Below the pieces are notes generated by a model that worked only from the letters and a program-made list of their open reading frames with translations, did no database searches and had not been told where the DNA came from. A stretch of DNA of 64,000 nt from Plasmodiophora brassicae (taxonomy: Eukaryota): contig CP145423.1 of the NCBI GenBank assembly GCA_036867785.1, forward strand, positions 186,001 to 250,000, given 5' to 3'. Positions 47,879 to 63,203 of the stretch are shown in pieces. A program made the translations under genes and the position numbers. Position 1 is the stretch's first letter; the number at the start of each line of letters is the position of its first letter.

Positions 47879-48302
47879 GAGCCACATCAAATGAGTCTCG
47901 GACCTGCTCAAGTTCGGCCTTGATCGCGGCAATCTTTGGGTGATAGTCTTTGATCGCCTCAGTCTCCATCTCCTCCTTGAACATCTCCAGAGCGTTGTAG
48001 GAACATTTATGCCATTCGAACTCCACTATGGCAGTTCCCCCATCATCCGAGAGCGTGAAATGGAACCCGGTAACACCGGAATGCAATATCATAACGAGGA
48101 TGACCCGTTCGTGATTCGTGACGGGGTCCACGTCGACCGAAGCCAGTACCGGCGGGTCCGGAGAAAAGGCCGACGTGGCCAGTCTTCTGTCCACATCCAG
48201 TTCTCGTCCGCAGACCGCCGCGCAGGCACCACCAGCGCCCGGCCGTCGACTGTGTCATTTTTTTTGGGCATCATCATCAAAGCGCAAGGCCACCCGGGCC
48301 AC
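47878..48302 (-). pseudogene. Truncated coding fragment (PPVLASVDVDPVTNHERVILVMILHSGV...HPKIAAIKAEL), possibly mobile-element associated
   Basis: Protein-like reading frame abruptly fused to the kinase-cassette flank at ~47878. Its 5' part is repeated at 38437-38578. Confidence 0.4.
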
Positions 48303-48503
48303 TCCGAGCGGCAGGCGGCGGAACACAGTCAGTGGGCCGACGAATATTTTGAATCGGGGGCGCGGGGCAGCGCTCTCCGTGTGCCCAGGACCTGATCGTT
48401 ACCCCGTTACATTCCGCGACGCCCGCCCGCCTTGCCGACGACGCACGGACGCGCCTTGCCAGATATTTTCAAGCGATCCGGCACGTCGTCGTCGCTGTTC
48501 ACA

Positions 48504-50791
<2,288 letters not shown>

Positions 50792-51072
50792 TGGCCACCT
50801 GCTTCCATTTCATCAACCAAATGTGCAACACCGATCTGGTTCATCCAGAACACATCGATGTATATATATACAACATTTAGCAACGTTCGGCATGTCATGT
50901 GCAACCAGTTGACGAAACGCTGCTTTGCCAACGGCAAAGACCCCTGGCGCAGACGCTGCCTGTTCGAACAAGGCAGAGCAATGACCGCGGAGACTCTCCA
51001 CAAGCTAGTGGCATTAAGGTCTGACTAAATGATAGCTGTTGGGTATTGTGCCATTCATGTTCGTTAATTTGT

Positions 51073-52069
51073 TCACATGTCCGACAGCTTCTTCTTGATT
51101 TGAGCAATTGCCTTTGCGGGATTGAGACCTTTGGGGCACGCGTTCGTGCAATTCATGATCTGATCGGCATTAAAGATGAGCAACTATATCAAGCACACGC
51201 CAAGTAACCGTACAGTCTTGCAGCGGTAGAGCTTGAAAGGGTCGTCAAGCGCCTTCAAACGCTCCTGCGTGTATTCGTCACGAGAATCTGCAATCCATCG
51301 GTAGGACTGTCGACGCAGGTCAGATCGGTTGTGGCACAGCGCAAACTGATAGACACCTGAAGAAGAACAGCCGGGCCGAGATACTTGTCCGGGTTCCACC
51401 AATACGATGGGCACGAGGTGGAGCAGCAGAAACAAAGAATGCACTCGTACAGACCGTCCAGCATTTTACGATCCGCCTTGGTTTGCAGGTTCTCTTTGGG
51501 TGCGTTCGGGTTCTTGGATTTCCTCTTCAGGAATGGTTCGATGGAGTTGTACTGTTTGTATATGCCGGTCAGGTCAGGTACCAGATCCTTGACCACGGGC
51601 ATGTGCGGCAATGGACGAATCACCATCGACGTATTTCCTTCCGTGATGGGACACAAGCAGGCCAACGTGTTTGACCCGTCTAGGCAGAGCGTCCCCTAGT
51701 CAGTATACGCGACGTCCTGCATATCGGGCACTCCAAACCGATGTTCATCGCGCACGACCCACAAATGCCCTCACGACATGACCGACGGAACGTCAGCGAA
51801 CTGTCCTGTTCCCCCTTGATCTTGATCAAAGCGTCCAGCACCATCGGCCCGCACTGGTTCGTGTCGATGCGATAGTCGGCCAGGACAGGCTCGCCGCCCT
51901 TCTCCGAGCTCCAACGGAAGATCTGGAACAGCTTCTTCGTCGACTTCTTTGTCGTGCGGTCCTCGTCGTCGACGGGCGGCGTCGTCGACGACATCCAGCG
52001 CCGCCCGGCGCCGGCCCATGCGCTCCGGTGGCGCCATACCGCTCGACCTGGCGACACCAGCGACAGCAT
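51073..52069 (-). CDS. SDHB: Succinate dehydrogenase iron-sulfur subunit, mitochondrial, multi-exon
   Basis: Transit peptide; [87 protein letters not shown]. Confidence 0.96.
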
Positions 52070-52281
52070 CGGACCACCCCACCCCCCAAAATTCAATCTG
52101 ACCCTTTTCGATGCCGCCGTGCCCCGTCGTCGGTGCCCCAGCGGTTACACTCGTCCCGCGTCAAAACTCGAAACTCACCGAAGTTGGCGGTGACGGGTTT
52201 TGCTGACTGCTGAATAGACGGGGCAGATGAACAGAACCCGCAATACTGTTTACCGTACGCTGAGGTCGTCTGTATTCGCTT

Positions 52282-52785
52282 TCAGGCGTGGTCACCACCG
52301 AGTTCCTCGATTTCGTCGCGGGTCATTTGGAGTTCGAGCCTGCCGGTCAGCATGACGATGACGACCGCGCAGGAGATCGTGAGCGTGAGGTAGAGGTTGT
52401 TGCTGGACCAGCAGTCGTACTCAAGGATGAACAGTTCGCTATCGTCGCCAGGCTGGCGTGTGAAAATAACGGCGATGACGTTGGAGATCATGGTGAGGAT
52501 GAGGACGATCCAGCTGGAGGTGCTGAATCGGACGTCCTCATGGGTGCCGCCTCTGGCCCGAGAGTGCATCAGAGTGAATGCGCAAACGCACACAAGTGGT
52601 AACGGCGACAGGTACCAATACAGGACGAGTGCAATGGGGGTGATTTGTCCATAGTGGGCGTTCTTGTTCAGCGGCATTAACGTGTGCATCTCCTTCATGA
52701 ACATGGCAATGAACGTAGCCTGAGCGCAGAACACTAGCAGGATGGCAACCTGCCATCGACGTAGCCTCCACGTCGGATAGTCCAT
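52282..52785 (-). CDS. Small multi-pass membrane protein (167 aa, ~4 TM)
   Basis: Single ORF with four hydrophobic segments; no family recognised. Confidence 0.65.
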   Translation of the reverse strand: MDYPTWRLRRWQVAILLVFCAQATFIAMFMKEMHTLMPLNKNAHYGQITPIALVLYWYLSPLPLVCVCAFTLMHSRARGGTHEDVRFSTSSWIVLILTMISNVIAVIFTRQPGDDSELFILEYDCWSSNNLYLTLTISCAVVIVMLTGRLELQMTRDEIEELGGDHA

Positions 52786-52945
52786 CGGGAACAGTGCACC
52801 CAGGCACTAGATTTGGAAATTGTCGCGATGGTGTCCTCGTGGTCGGAAGTTCATGGGGGACGTGACTCACGGGTGATCATCATGGAATAATGATCGGTCA
52901 GGGACATGCGATGCGTTCCTAGGCATTGAACCGATACCCGTTTGT

Positions 52946-53865
52946 TCATTGCATATTGATTAACAGTTCTCCATCCCGTTCGTCACTCGAGCGGCACTGC
53001 AATGTCGGTTGGGACAGACCACGTAACGTTTCGTGGAGAGCATCAACGGCCGCAGAAATGACGTCAACGGACGCTGTGCTTACAATGGAGCCTGCGTGAC
53101 CTCTTAAGTGCCAACCGTTTCAGGTCATAGTACGACAAGCATACCGGGATAAACACGTGTCCCCCATTGCGGGTGGTGTAGTATACTGCAACAGCCGACC
53201 GAACTCGTCTGCATTTTCAAAAGGCTCTGCGCGGACTCAACCTCGTCGTAGATGGCTCCACCACGCTCGGTATTCACCGGCAAACCCGAGCATGGGTCCA
53301 CGAAGTCAACGAAGCAATTGCTGTCCGCAGTACTGAGCGCGTTGCACAGTGCAGTAGCGTAGTCAAAGAACTGGCAATCGGATCAGCAAAGCGATTCATA
53401 TCAACGCGGACACGTGCTCACGTGACGTAAAAGGCGGTCTTTCTCCAGAGCAACGGCGGACGTTACTTGCACTAAGTCTTCGCTTGCTTTCTGCATCACC
53501 GTCACGACCGATACGCGCGATCCCATCGGGAGCGACGGGAAAATCCTCGGCAGGTCACTGGACATCAACGTCGGAGGCGTGCATATCGCAACCTGAACGT
53601 CGTTCCCGTCCGCAATGCCACAGCAACCCGCCACTCGACAGGGTAGCTCGAAGGCGATCACGCGGGCGCAACGGCCACGGCGTCCCCTGGTCATGTTATG
53701 TGCGGTGACGATCTATGTAGGGGGGTCCGCACGGGGAACGCGCCCCCCGTCTTGAGTCGCGGCGAACTGTCGCCATGCTTCATTCGCCCCATCGAGAAAC
53801 GCCCAGCGGGCCATGCATTCGGTATAGCAAGAGCTGGACCGAGACGTGTTAACTGGCGAGCGCAT
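52946..53865 (-). CDS. MMADHC: MMADHC/CblD-like cobalamin trafficking protein, multi-exon (start uncertain)
   Basis: LPRIFPSL...VVTVMQKA..DL...EKDRLL | FFDYATALCNAL...FVDFVDPCSGLP...IYDEV...GCCSILHHPQWGTRVYP | SIVSTA is the characteristic MMADHC motif series. Confidence 0.8.
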
Positions 53866-54023
53866 CGTGGCATGTCGGAACGGTTGGCCGCCGGGCCGTG
53901 TGCGAGCTGCACAGCACTGCTGAAATACTGCGTGGACCTCCTGGGGGGTGATTGCGTCAGAAGACCGACGTTCGGGCCGGGGAGCGGCTGATTCCATTTT
54001 CGAATTGGGCGGGTCGGGTCAGG

Positions 54024-57000
54024 ATGGCGAAGCGGACGAAATCGGCGCCGTCCCCGGCCAACACGCCGACGCTGCACCGGTTCTTCTCGCCGGTGCAGAC
54101 CTCGGGGGCGAAGTACGACCGCCCGAACAGCGTGGCCGGGGCGCCCGCGTCCGCGGCAACGCCGGAACCGGCTGCACGTAAAGAGAACCAAGCTGCGGAC
54201 GACGATGACGACGTGCCAATTGTCTGTCTGAGATATCAGTGAGTATATTTAATTTCGTCCTGATTGCGCTTGTAGACCCAAGTCAAGAAATCGAAGCGGA
54301 TCATCGTCTCGGACGACGAAGACGATAACGATAACGACGTTGTTCAGATTGACGAGTTGCCGTCGCCCAGGCCACTCAAGAAACGGACGCCCCTGTCCGA
54401 TGAAACCTTGTCGACTCCGTCTCACAAACGCGTCCGAGGCTTGGACGACTTCCGAACTCCTTCGAAGCCGGCGCAGGATCTCCTGTCGTCCGTGAAAGCC
54501 TCGCCTGCTCTAGCGTCATTGGATTCAATGACCTTCTCTACGCTGTCGTCGTCTGCTTCGGCTTCAAGGAAAGTTGATTTCGCAGATAACGGTCGGAAGA
54601 GTTCCGTACCCAGAGCGGCGAAGTCTGCTGTCGACACAGACAGCCGTCCTTCATGGCAAGTAAATCCTCGCGACAAGAAGGGGCGTACTCGTGATGACCC
54701 GAATTATGATCCGACCACGATAATGGTGCCCACTGCTGCACTAGACAAGATGTCACCTGTAATGTGTAGACTTTCGGTCGTCCGTGAAGCGACTAACTTT
54801 GGGAATAGGGCCAGCGCCAGTACTGGACGATAAAGAGCACCAACTACGATACGGTTCTGTTTTTCAAGATTGGCAAGTTCTATGAACTTTGTACGTGCTC
54901 CTCTCTGGATTACATGACGCCTTCATTGGTCCTAATTCGAAACTTTTGCAGATGACGACGATGCTCTCGTAGGGTACGCATTCTTTCCCGCCTGTACTTC
55001 CTTACCGCTTGTGACATCTTGTCAGAGTTAAAGAGCTTGGCCTGCTTCTGATGAAAGGAGACCGTCCCCATGCCGGGTTTCCAGAACGGTGCTTTGACAG
55101 ACATGCCGAGACTCTAGTCAACCGTGGTTTCAAGATCGGACGTGTTGAGCAAATGGAAACTCCCAACGAGCTCAAGGAGAGAAACCAGTCTACGGGTTCC
55201 AAATCCAAAGTCGTCAATCGGGAATTGTGCTCTGTACTAACGAAAGGGACGCTCGTGGATTCGAACATGATTGGTCACCCGAACACATCGTATCTACTAG
55301 CGGTCTGTGAATCCAAGGGCTCCGTCGAATATGGCATCTGCCTTTGCGATACGGTATTGCCCATATCGTACATGTCCGTTCCGCTGTCTGACGTATTGCG
55401 TTCCCACAGTCGACAGCACAGTTTCAGATTGGAAGCGTTGGTGCTGTTTGCTCGAACTGTTAGGGGTCAGTGTCAGTTAAGATGTTCTTTTAGTTTAACG
55501 ACGACTCTCAGCGTACTCGGCTTCGAACTCTGCTAGCAAGTGCAGCCCCAGTAGAGGTGCTATATCCCGCACAAGGACTTTCTTCGGTTACGTCCTCTAT
55601 TTTGAAGAAAGACCTGCCACATGATGTCATTCGTAATCCGCTACGAAACGCAGCCGAACTTACTGATAGTGTTACCGCTTCCGAAAAGATACAGGTTCGA
55701 ACGCCTTCTGTGATTGCTTGCCGCTCTTGTTGGTCACTGACCGATTTTCAAAGGAATATTTCCCATCAGGCAAACTACCCGATATCGTGTCTTCATCGGG
55801 CGACCTTGCTTTGTTAGCTCTTGGTGCCACAGTCTTCTACCTGAAACGCTGTCTCCTCGATCAAGAAATCGTGCCTATTGGAACATTCGTTCATTACGAT
55901 CCGAACGATATGGACCCTCGATTCATGGCCTTGGATGGACAAACGTTGACGAATCTGGAGGTTGGTGGTGCCGACATTGTCGTGCTAGTCCTAACGTATT
56001 TTCCTATTAGATCGTTCAAAACAGTGAAGGCGGCACCCAGGGATCTCTTCTCGAATTTGTCAACCACTGCGTGTCACCTTTCGGCAGCCGTCGCATTCGT
56101 GAATGGATTATTCGTCCTTTAGCTCGCCCCAAGGACATCACATGTCGTCTTGATGCGGTCGATGATTTGATCCGAGAAACCAGTGCCCGGTTTGCCGCGT
56201 CTAATCTCATGCTAGATAATGGAAATGACCTTTCCTGTTCAGAGACGGTTTCCGCGCTGCGTTACGAAAACTTCCTGACCTCGGTAGAATGCTCTCTCGG
56301 ATTCATGCTTACTCGTTTGGGAGGGATTCGAAGGTACATGTACGCCGTTTTATCCTGACCGCCATTAAAACCCTTGCCAGGCTGTAATGTACGAGAATGT
56401 GGGCGCGGCAAAGTTGAAGGTGTTCTTGGGTGTCCTCGATGGACTTCGAGAGGCATCGTCATTGATTCCCAAGTTTCTGGATGAGTCGACATCAATTGTT
56501 TCCCCTCTCCTGAAGAGCCTACTAACTACAGGAGACGGGTTTCCCGATATGACTGAGAAACTGCGATACTTCGAGAATGCCTTCGATATCGCTGTGCGTA
56601 ATGGTGCTGTGTTCAGAACTGTTTGACGCTGATAGGATTGTTTAGGCTGCGCGGCGAGATGGCTTTATTGTGCCAGCTGAAGGCGTTGATTGTTAGTAAC
56701 GCTTTTCTGAGGATTTACGTAAAATAACGTGTGTACAGCTGATTACGATGATGCTGAGAGAGAGATTCGAAATGCCGAAGAGCGCCTACAGGCCATCTTG
56801 AAGGAGACTAGAAAGGATTTACGAGACTCATCCATTAAGTTCGTTACAGAATATCTGTCGAATCTGGGCAGCCCCACTCATCTCTCTTTCAAAGGTTCGT
56901 TGACAAAAACCGAGAGCGCTATCAATTGGAAATTAGCGAATCCACAATCTCGCGCCTTGGAGGATTGTCGGACGATTATGAACAGGTGCCTTCTCAGCAA

Positions 57001-58474
57001 GACGTCGTGGCAGTACCCTAAACCATGATTCGTAGGTCTCTCAACGGAAGGGATTCATCCGTTACTATACTGCCGATATCAAAGACGCCGTGTTCCAGTT
57101 TGATCGTGCGACGGAAAAGGTACGCTTTGTCCGAGTTGCTCAAGGGAATGCCGCGATGAACTGTTGATATTTCAGCGTACCTCGGCCCTTTCAGGCGTTA
57201 TGCGACGTCTGTTTGCTCAATTCTGTGGTGACTTTGCGTTATGGACATCTGCTGTGAGCGTTCTCGCAGAGCTCGACTGTCTGTGCTCGTTAGCTCTAAC
57301 CAGCGAAGCTGCTCCTGATGGTATGGTCCTTTCCATTTCGCTGCTGCGGTCAGGAATACTTACTTTTTTAGGTGGTGTGATGTGCCGCCCTGAATTTGTG
57401 GATCCCGTCGAGGAAGGGGCAGCAGTCCTCTCCCTTCGCCGTGCTCGACATCCGTCTTTGACTATGTCATCGAATGCCACATTCATTCCCAATGATACGA
57501 TTGTTGGCTGTGAGGAGAACCCGGCAGCGTTCGTCCTGGTCACTGTGAGTCGCACCCAAGGCGAAGCGTCTGTGTGGGTCTATTCTGAACGTTTCACAGG
57601 GACCTAACATGGGCGGCAAGAGCACTCTACTCCGGCAAACCTGTCTATGCGTTATCTTAAGTCACCTTGGATGCTATGTTCCAGCCGAATCTTGCCTTCT
57701 TACACCCGTTGACCGTATATTTACCCGGTATAGCGATGTCGTATGTGGTGTGTTCCTGAGTTGACCTTCCCATTTAGAGTTGGTGCTTGTGACCGCATTT
57801 TGGCTGGACAGTCCACGTTTTATGTTGAGCTGGAAGAAACCGCAACCATCCTTCGTCATGCTACGCGCAGGTCGCTGGTCATTCTTGACGAACTAGGGCG
57901 CGGTTGGTTGCTTGCTGACATTTGTGGACCAAGCCTGATCGTCCTGTAGGAACGTCGACATTCGACGGGACAGCCATCGCATACGCTGTTGCTAGGCATC
58001 TTAGTCATGAGGTGTGTGATGCATTGCTAGCCGACGTCGCCGCATTCGTTTTGAGCATCAGGACCAGATTCGGTGTCGGACGCTGTTCGCCACGCACTAC
58101 CATGTCCTCTCTGAGGAATTCGCCGAGGACGAAGCCGTCAGTGCTTACTACATGGCGTCGCAGCTCGACACTACGACAAATACCGTCACGTTCCTCTACA
58201 AGTTTGTGCCTGGGGTGTGCCCGGGATCATTCGGCATCAATGTCGCAAAGGTCGGAACCTGTGGATCTCGTCTGCACTCACTATCGCTAATGTCATGTGG
58301 CAGATGGCGGGTCTTCCCGATGACGTTGTTTCGCTAGCGGAAGCAATGGCGAAACAGTTCGAGGACGCTGTCACCAGTGCGCATGGCAAGTCCGTTGCCA
58401 TGCAGTTACGCCGGTGCCTCAAGCAGAGCGACGTCGAAGGAATCCGGTCATTGATCAAAGGGCTCCGCGTCTGA
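54024..58474 (+). CDS. MSH6: DNA mismatch repair protein MSH6, multi-exon
   Basis: N-terminal PIP-like [21 protein letters not shown]...[86 protein letters not shown]. Confidence 0.95.
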
Positions 58475-58581
58475 TCGTTGTTCGTTAGTGAAGTCTCAAA
58501 TGTTTAACTTGGGTCACATTGCGAGTAAACCCGCGTTTAGTTCGAACACTGTGGATTAGGCAGGCGTTGATGTGCTTGTCA

Positions 58582-60757
58582 TCATACACCACCAGCATAC
58601 TGAGCGACGGCTTTGGCGACCAGCTCTCCCAGCTGTTTGGCCTCAGCCTCGGTCGACGCTTCCGCGTATGTCCGGATGACATCTTCCGTGCCTGACGGTC
58701 GGACGAATGCTCGAGCCGATTTGAACTTGGAGACCGCCGCATCAATTGCTGGTTGTAGCCCAGCCGGTGCCGTCACGCGACGCTCCGCATCGGTGGTGAC
58801 AACCACAGAACGATCCTTGACACGAACTTTCGCCTAGACACGTTTCGTCAGTGTACAGTTACGGTGTCAGCCGATACCGCTCCTGCACTGGTTTACCTGG
58901 TGGCTTGGCAGGTCGGCGTAGAATGCGTTCCATTTCTGTAATGTCAGGTTCTCGTTAGCAAGAACGACCTCGACAAGCATGATATCGCTGATGGCGTCTC
59001 CAACAGCCTGGTTGATCAGTTTCGAAAGGGCACGTAGCCGCTTCGCGGCCTGTTTCGCTGCAGGGGTGCCCGCGTTGCCGCCTGCAACAGCCTCTATCTG
59101 CTGCGTCGCTTTGTCACTGAATAAAACAGTTCCATGCCCGTTCGCCTCGAAGTAAACGCCGATGTCAAATTCGGCCGCCTAATAGAAGGACGCTGGTCAC
59201 AGTCGCATGGTCTGACAATGAACATTCCATACTTTGTGGTGCAAGAACTTGACTCCGGTGGGAACGCATGCAACCGGAACACCAAGGACTTTCTCGATAT
59301 AGTTCGTCGCAGCACCGTTGGCGTAAGCCGTCTGGACGACACCTGGCGTAGCAACGGACGATTAGGTGCGCTGGGAGAACGAATGCTGGCAAAAGTACCG
59401 ATTTGAAGGTCCAGTCCGGCGTCTTTGGTTAACCGCTTCAGATATCCGACGACGAGGGCAATAATCTTGTCACCGTCCAGCAAACAGAACTTTTCGTTCT
59501 CGTCGACGTAGAAGTAGACGACACGGTCGGCATCACCGTCAATAGACGCGAACCGTTTCAGCTTATCCGACGACGGCGACACCCCTTGGGGAAGGCACCT
59601 GGTCTTCTGTACATGCTCGGCGCCGACGCCGTTGTTCAACAACTCGCCCTTCGTCGTGGCAGAGTTGATGAACTGAATGGGCACCAATTTCGAGATGAAG
59701 GGCGCAAGGTTGTTCAGCGCAACAGCACCGATCCCGTTTGCACAGTCGACGGTCAGCGGTTGAACCGGCCTAGTCCATGACCAAACATGAGCGCAACGCT
59801 TGTACGCACCGAGCCGCCTTACTTGTCAAGAAGAGTCGACAGCGCGTCCGCAAGGTTCTTGTTGTAATGATGAAGGTCGCCTGCACGAGACCCATCTGCA
59901 AGCGGATCAAAGGTCGCTGGCGCTGCATTGAACGCCCTGACGATCCAGTGCAGCTGTAAACCGCAGTCAACATTCGACAGCAAGAAGGTGCCGGCAGCGA
60001 ACGCGAACCTGCGGCGTTGTGACTTCTCCGTGATTGTAGACGCTTGCACCCATTGCCGTCGCGCCCTTGATAACACAGTCCTGCAAGGATGGCGAACTTG
60101 CACGCGTGTCACGTCCGACGAACACCTACGGCCACGCGTCACATGGTTGCTACTCTCCGCAATGATATTTGCATACCTTAGCGGGGGCGTTCAAATCAAT
60201 CTTCTCGCGTGCAGCAAATGCCTTCACAAGTTTGACAACTGCTTCACCTAGGCGAGCACTTCAGCACGACAGACGAAGGCGGAATGGCGGGTGCCCCCCG
60301 GACCCTCGGCGGCATTGGCCAAATCAGCGGCGAAATCCTCCCAGGAATGCGACATCATCTCGCCACGCCAATCCATGATCTTGGCGCCATTATCACAGGC
60401 CTGGTGACACTCCTGAGAACGCGTACATGCGTTCGAATGCGGCCCCACCCAACCTGGTTGTGGCTGGCGGTGATGACGACGCCCGTGACTTTCCCGTTGA
60501 AGAATTTCGACTCGAGCGCGGCAAGAACCCCGACCCGAACCATTGCCGATGGCAAACGTTCCGCTTTATCCCGAAACCCGGCCGTACCATACGAATACCG
60601 GTACACAGACCCATCCGGGTTTTTGTACCTCGGGCAGGCAGCGGTCACGTCGGCAACCTTCGCCTCGAACGCAGACGCCTGCAACGACAGTCAACGCATC
60701 GGCCATCACACACACACACACACACCCGTCGACGACGCGGCCAACACCACCGACCAT
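58582..60757 (-). CDS. PGM3: Phosphoacetylglucosamine mutase, multi-exon
   Basis: [95 protein letters not shown]. Confidence 0.95.
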
Positions 60758-61296
60758 CACCACCAAAAAACACCCCCAATGCAGAATGAGGAAAAGAACC
60801 TTTCGCGGCACGTCGGGGCACTGGCGGCTGGGAGGCGGTCCCCCTGTGCCAGACCAGCGCCTGACGTGGCCAGTGAGTGAGCTGCAGATGCACGGTGCAG
60901 TTGCGGCACCGCGCGGACTGCACCCGCTTGCTAAAAAAGACGTCGCTGATCATGACAGTTCGGTAGCCCGCCGCGCCTCCAAATTACTTAAATTTGATCC
61001 AGCGTGTTCACTGCTTATCTTGATACGAGGTAAGTTTGTAATACGGGAACGGCGACATTCTCTGCCACAGAGTCGTCTCTGCAACGGCTGCCAGAGATAT
61101 AATCCCTGACAGCAACGTCGCCGTTGTCGGGAGCACGGAGCCGGCATCGCCGCCGTCACACAGCAGAACCCCACCAATGTATACCAAATGAGCGCAGCTC
61201 TGCGTGAGGGCCTCGTTGTCAACGTACAGATACGCCGTCCCATAGACTCACGTGCCTGATGGTATACCACACTTGAATTACAATGATGACAATGGT

Positions 61297-62998
61297 TTAT
61301 CCGAAATGGAACTGGTAGCCGCCACCGCGTGGCATGCCGCCCATACCACCCATTCCGCCCATTCCACCCATGCCGCCGTCGAAAAACATCTGGAAGATGT
61401 TGTTCATGTCAGCGTCTTGGCCGAATCCTTCACCGCAGCAGGCACCGTCAAGGTCGACGCCGCTGTCGAAGCGGCGTCGCTTCTCGGGATCGGACAGTAC
61501 GTCGTACGCCTCGCCGACGTCCTTGAACTTGGCCTCAGCGGTCTTCTTCTCTTCGTCTGCTACGCCGTGATTCTTGTCGGGGTGGTACTGGAGCGCCAGG
61601 TTCCGGTATGCCTTCTTGATCTCGCGTTCGTCAGCATCTTTCGAAACGCCCAGGATCTTATAGTAGTCCTTCCGCTTCGATTTCGCCAGCTCCCTCTGTG
61701 CATGTCTGAGCTGGTCGCGGATGTCAGACGATTTGGGCGACAACTTCTGGGCGGCGGTCAAATCGCGAACGGCAGCCTCGAAATCTTCCGTCTCCAGAAA
61801 TGCGCTGGAACGCCTCTGAAGCGCCTTCACGTTGTCCCCCTCAATGTCGAGGCACGCCGTGCAGTCGTCAATCGCCTGCTTGTACATGCCCTTCTTCAGG
61901 CACACAGCAGCCCGGTTGCAGTAGATGACCGCGTTGAACCGCGCGTGCTCAGGGTCGATCCCGAGCGCTTCGCTGTACTTATCGTATGCGACCTGCATCT
62001 TGCCGCATTTGAACGCGCCGTTGCCCTCCTGTTTCGTCTTCTCCAGCGCCTTAATTCGCTTGAACATCTTGAAGCAGGCCTTATTGTCGGGATCCAGCCG
62101 AAGCGCTTCCTGGAAATGGGTGATCGCTTGGTCGTGCCTATTCAGGTAGTATAAGGCCTTCCCACGCAGGAACAACGCCTTCGTGTTTGCAGGGTCGTTT
62201 CGCAGCAGCCGACTGCACATGGTCTGTACGTCCTCGAACTTCCTTCTCGCCAGCATGCCCTCGATCAGCATCACGTTCAGCGTTACGCTCTGCGACAGGT
62301 CGTTCAGGAGATGTTGGATCCTAGGGACCTCGCTGGCCGCTTTCCCATTCGCCATTGCTGCGACGCATTCCGCGTACTGCTTCTTCAACCGTTTGATTCG
62401 TTGTCTCTGTCCGAGGCCTGTTTAGCAGCTCGAACCTGTACAATGCCTAATGCCAACGTACCTCATTCTGGACGTCAAATGAGCCAGAAACGCGCGCGTG
62501 GACGGAATTGAACAGCTCGTCGGCTTCATCAAGGCGGCCCAGGTGAGCAAAGCACTTGGACGCTCTAATAAAGGCTTTGATGAACGTAGGATCAAGCTGG
62601 ATAGCCTTGAGGCAGTCCTTTAGGGCACCCTGATAGTCTTCGACCATCATCAGGGCTGCGGCCCGATTGCCCAGATACGACGCGTCGCCGGGCATCAGAT
62701 CTGGGAACCCGTGAGACTAACGACGACATGAACTGAACGAGATGCTGACCAATCGCCTCGGAATATTTCTCGATCGCCTTTCGGTATTGGCCCTGCTTGT
62801 AGAGCTCATTGCCATCGTTCTTCGCCAGGATGGCCGACGCGGCCGCATTTTCACTGCAGTACGCCCACCGTCAGCCCACCCACATCGGATCACGCATCCA
62901 CGAACATCCTCCCACCCGTCGATCTGCATCGGTTCGCCCTTGACGTGGCCGTTGGCGACGTCGGCAGCGTCGGCGGCCAGAACACGCTCGCCTTCCAT
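61297..62998 (-). CDS. DNAJC7: TPR + J-domain co-chaperone (DnaJ subfamily C member 7)
   Basis: TPR repeats ([19 protein letters not shown]) and a C-terminal J domain [11 protein letters not shown]...[16 protein letters not shown], followed by a G/M-rich tail. Confidence 0.93.
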
Positions 62999-63203
62999 GA
63001 CAACGATGGTCGAGCCTGAAATACGTTTCCGCGCGGAGTTGCGCACCTGCCGCACCAGGACCAACCGCGGGGGGCAGTCCGAACTCCGAAGACGCTCTGA
63101 GTCATCTGACACGGCGCGGTCCACGGAGCCCCTAACTGGTGCACGGTCGAGCGATGCTGTGTGCATCGACGGTTGCGTGTTAGGTTAACAGTAGTATAGA
63201 CAG

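Noticed and set aside
36482-48400. Autonomous transposon, CRISPR array or provirus
   Set aside because: No transposase, RT, integrase, capsid, terminal inverted repeats or regularly spaced repeats could be recognised.
60780-61290. Small gene or ncRNA between PGM3 and DNAJC7
   Set aside because: Some splice-like signals are present, but no convincing ORF or recognisable RNA motif.
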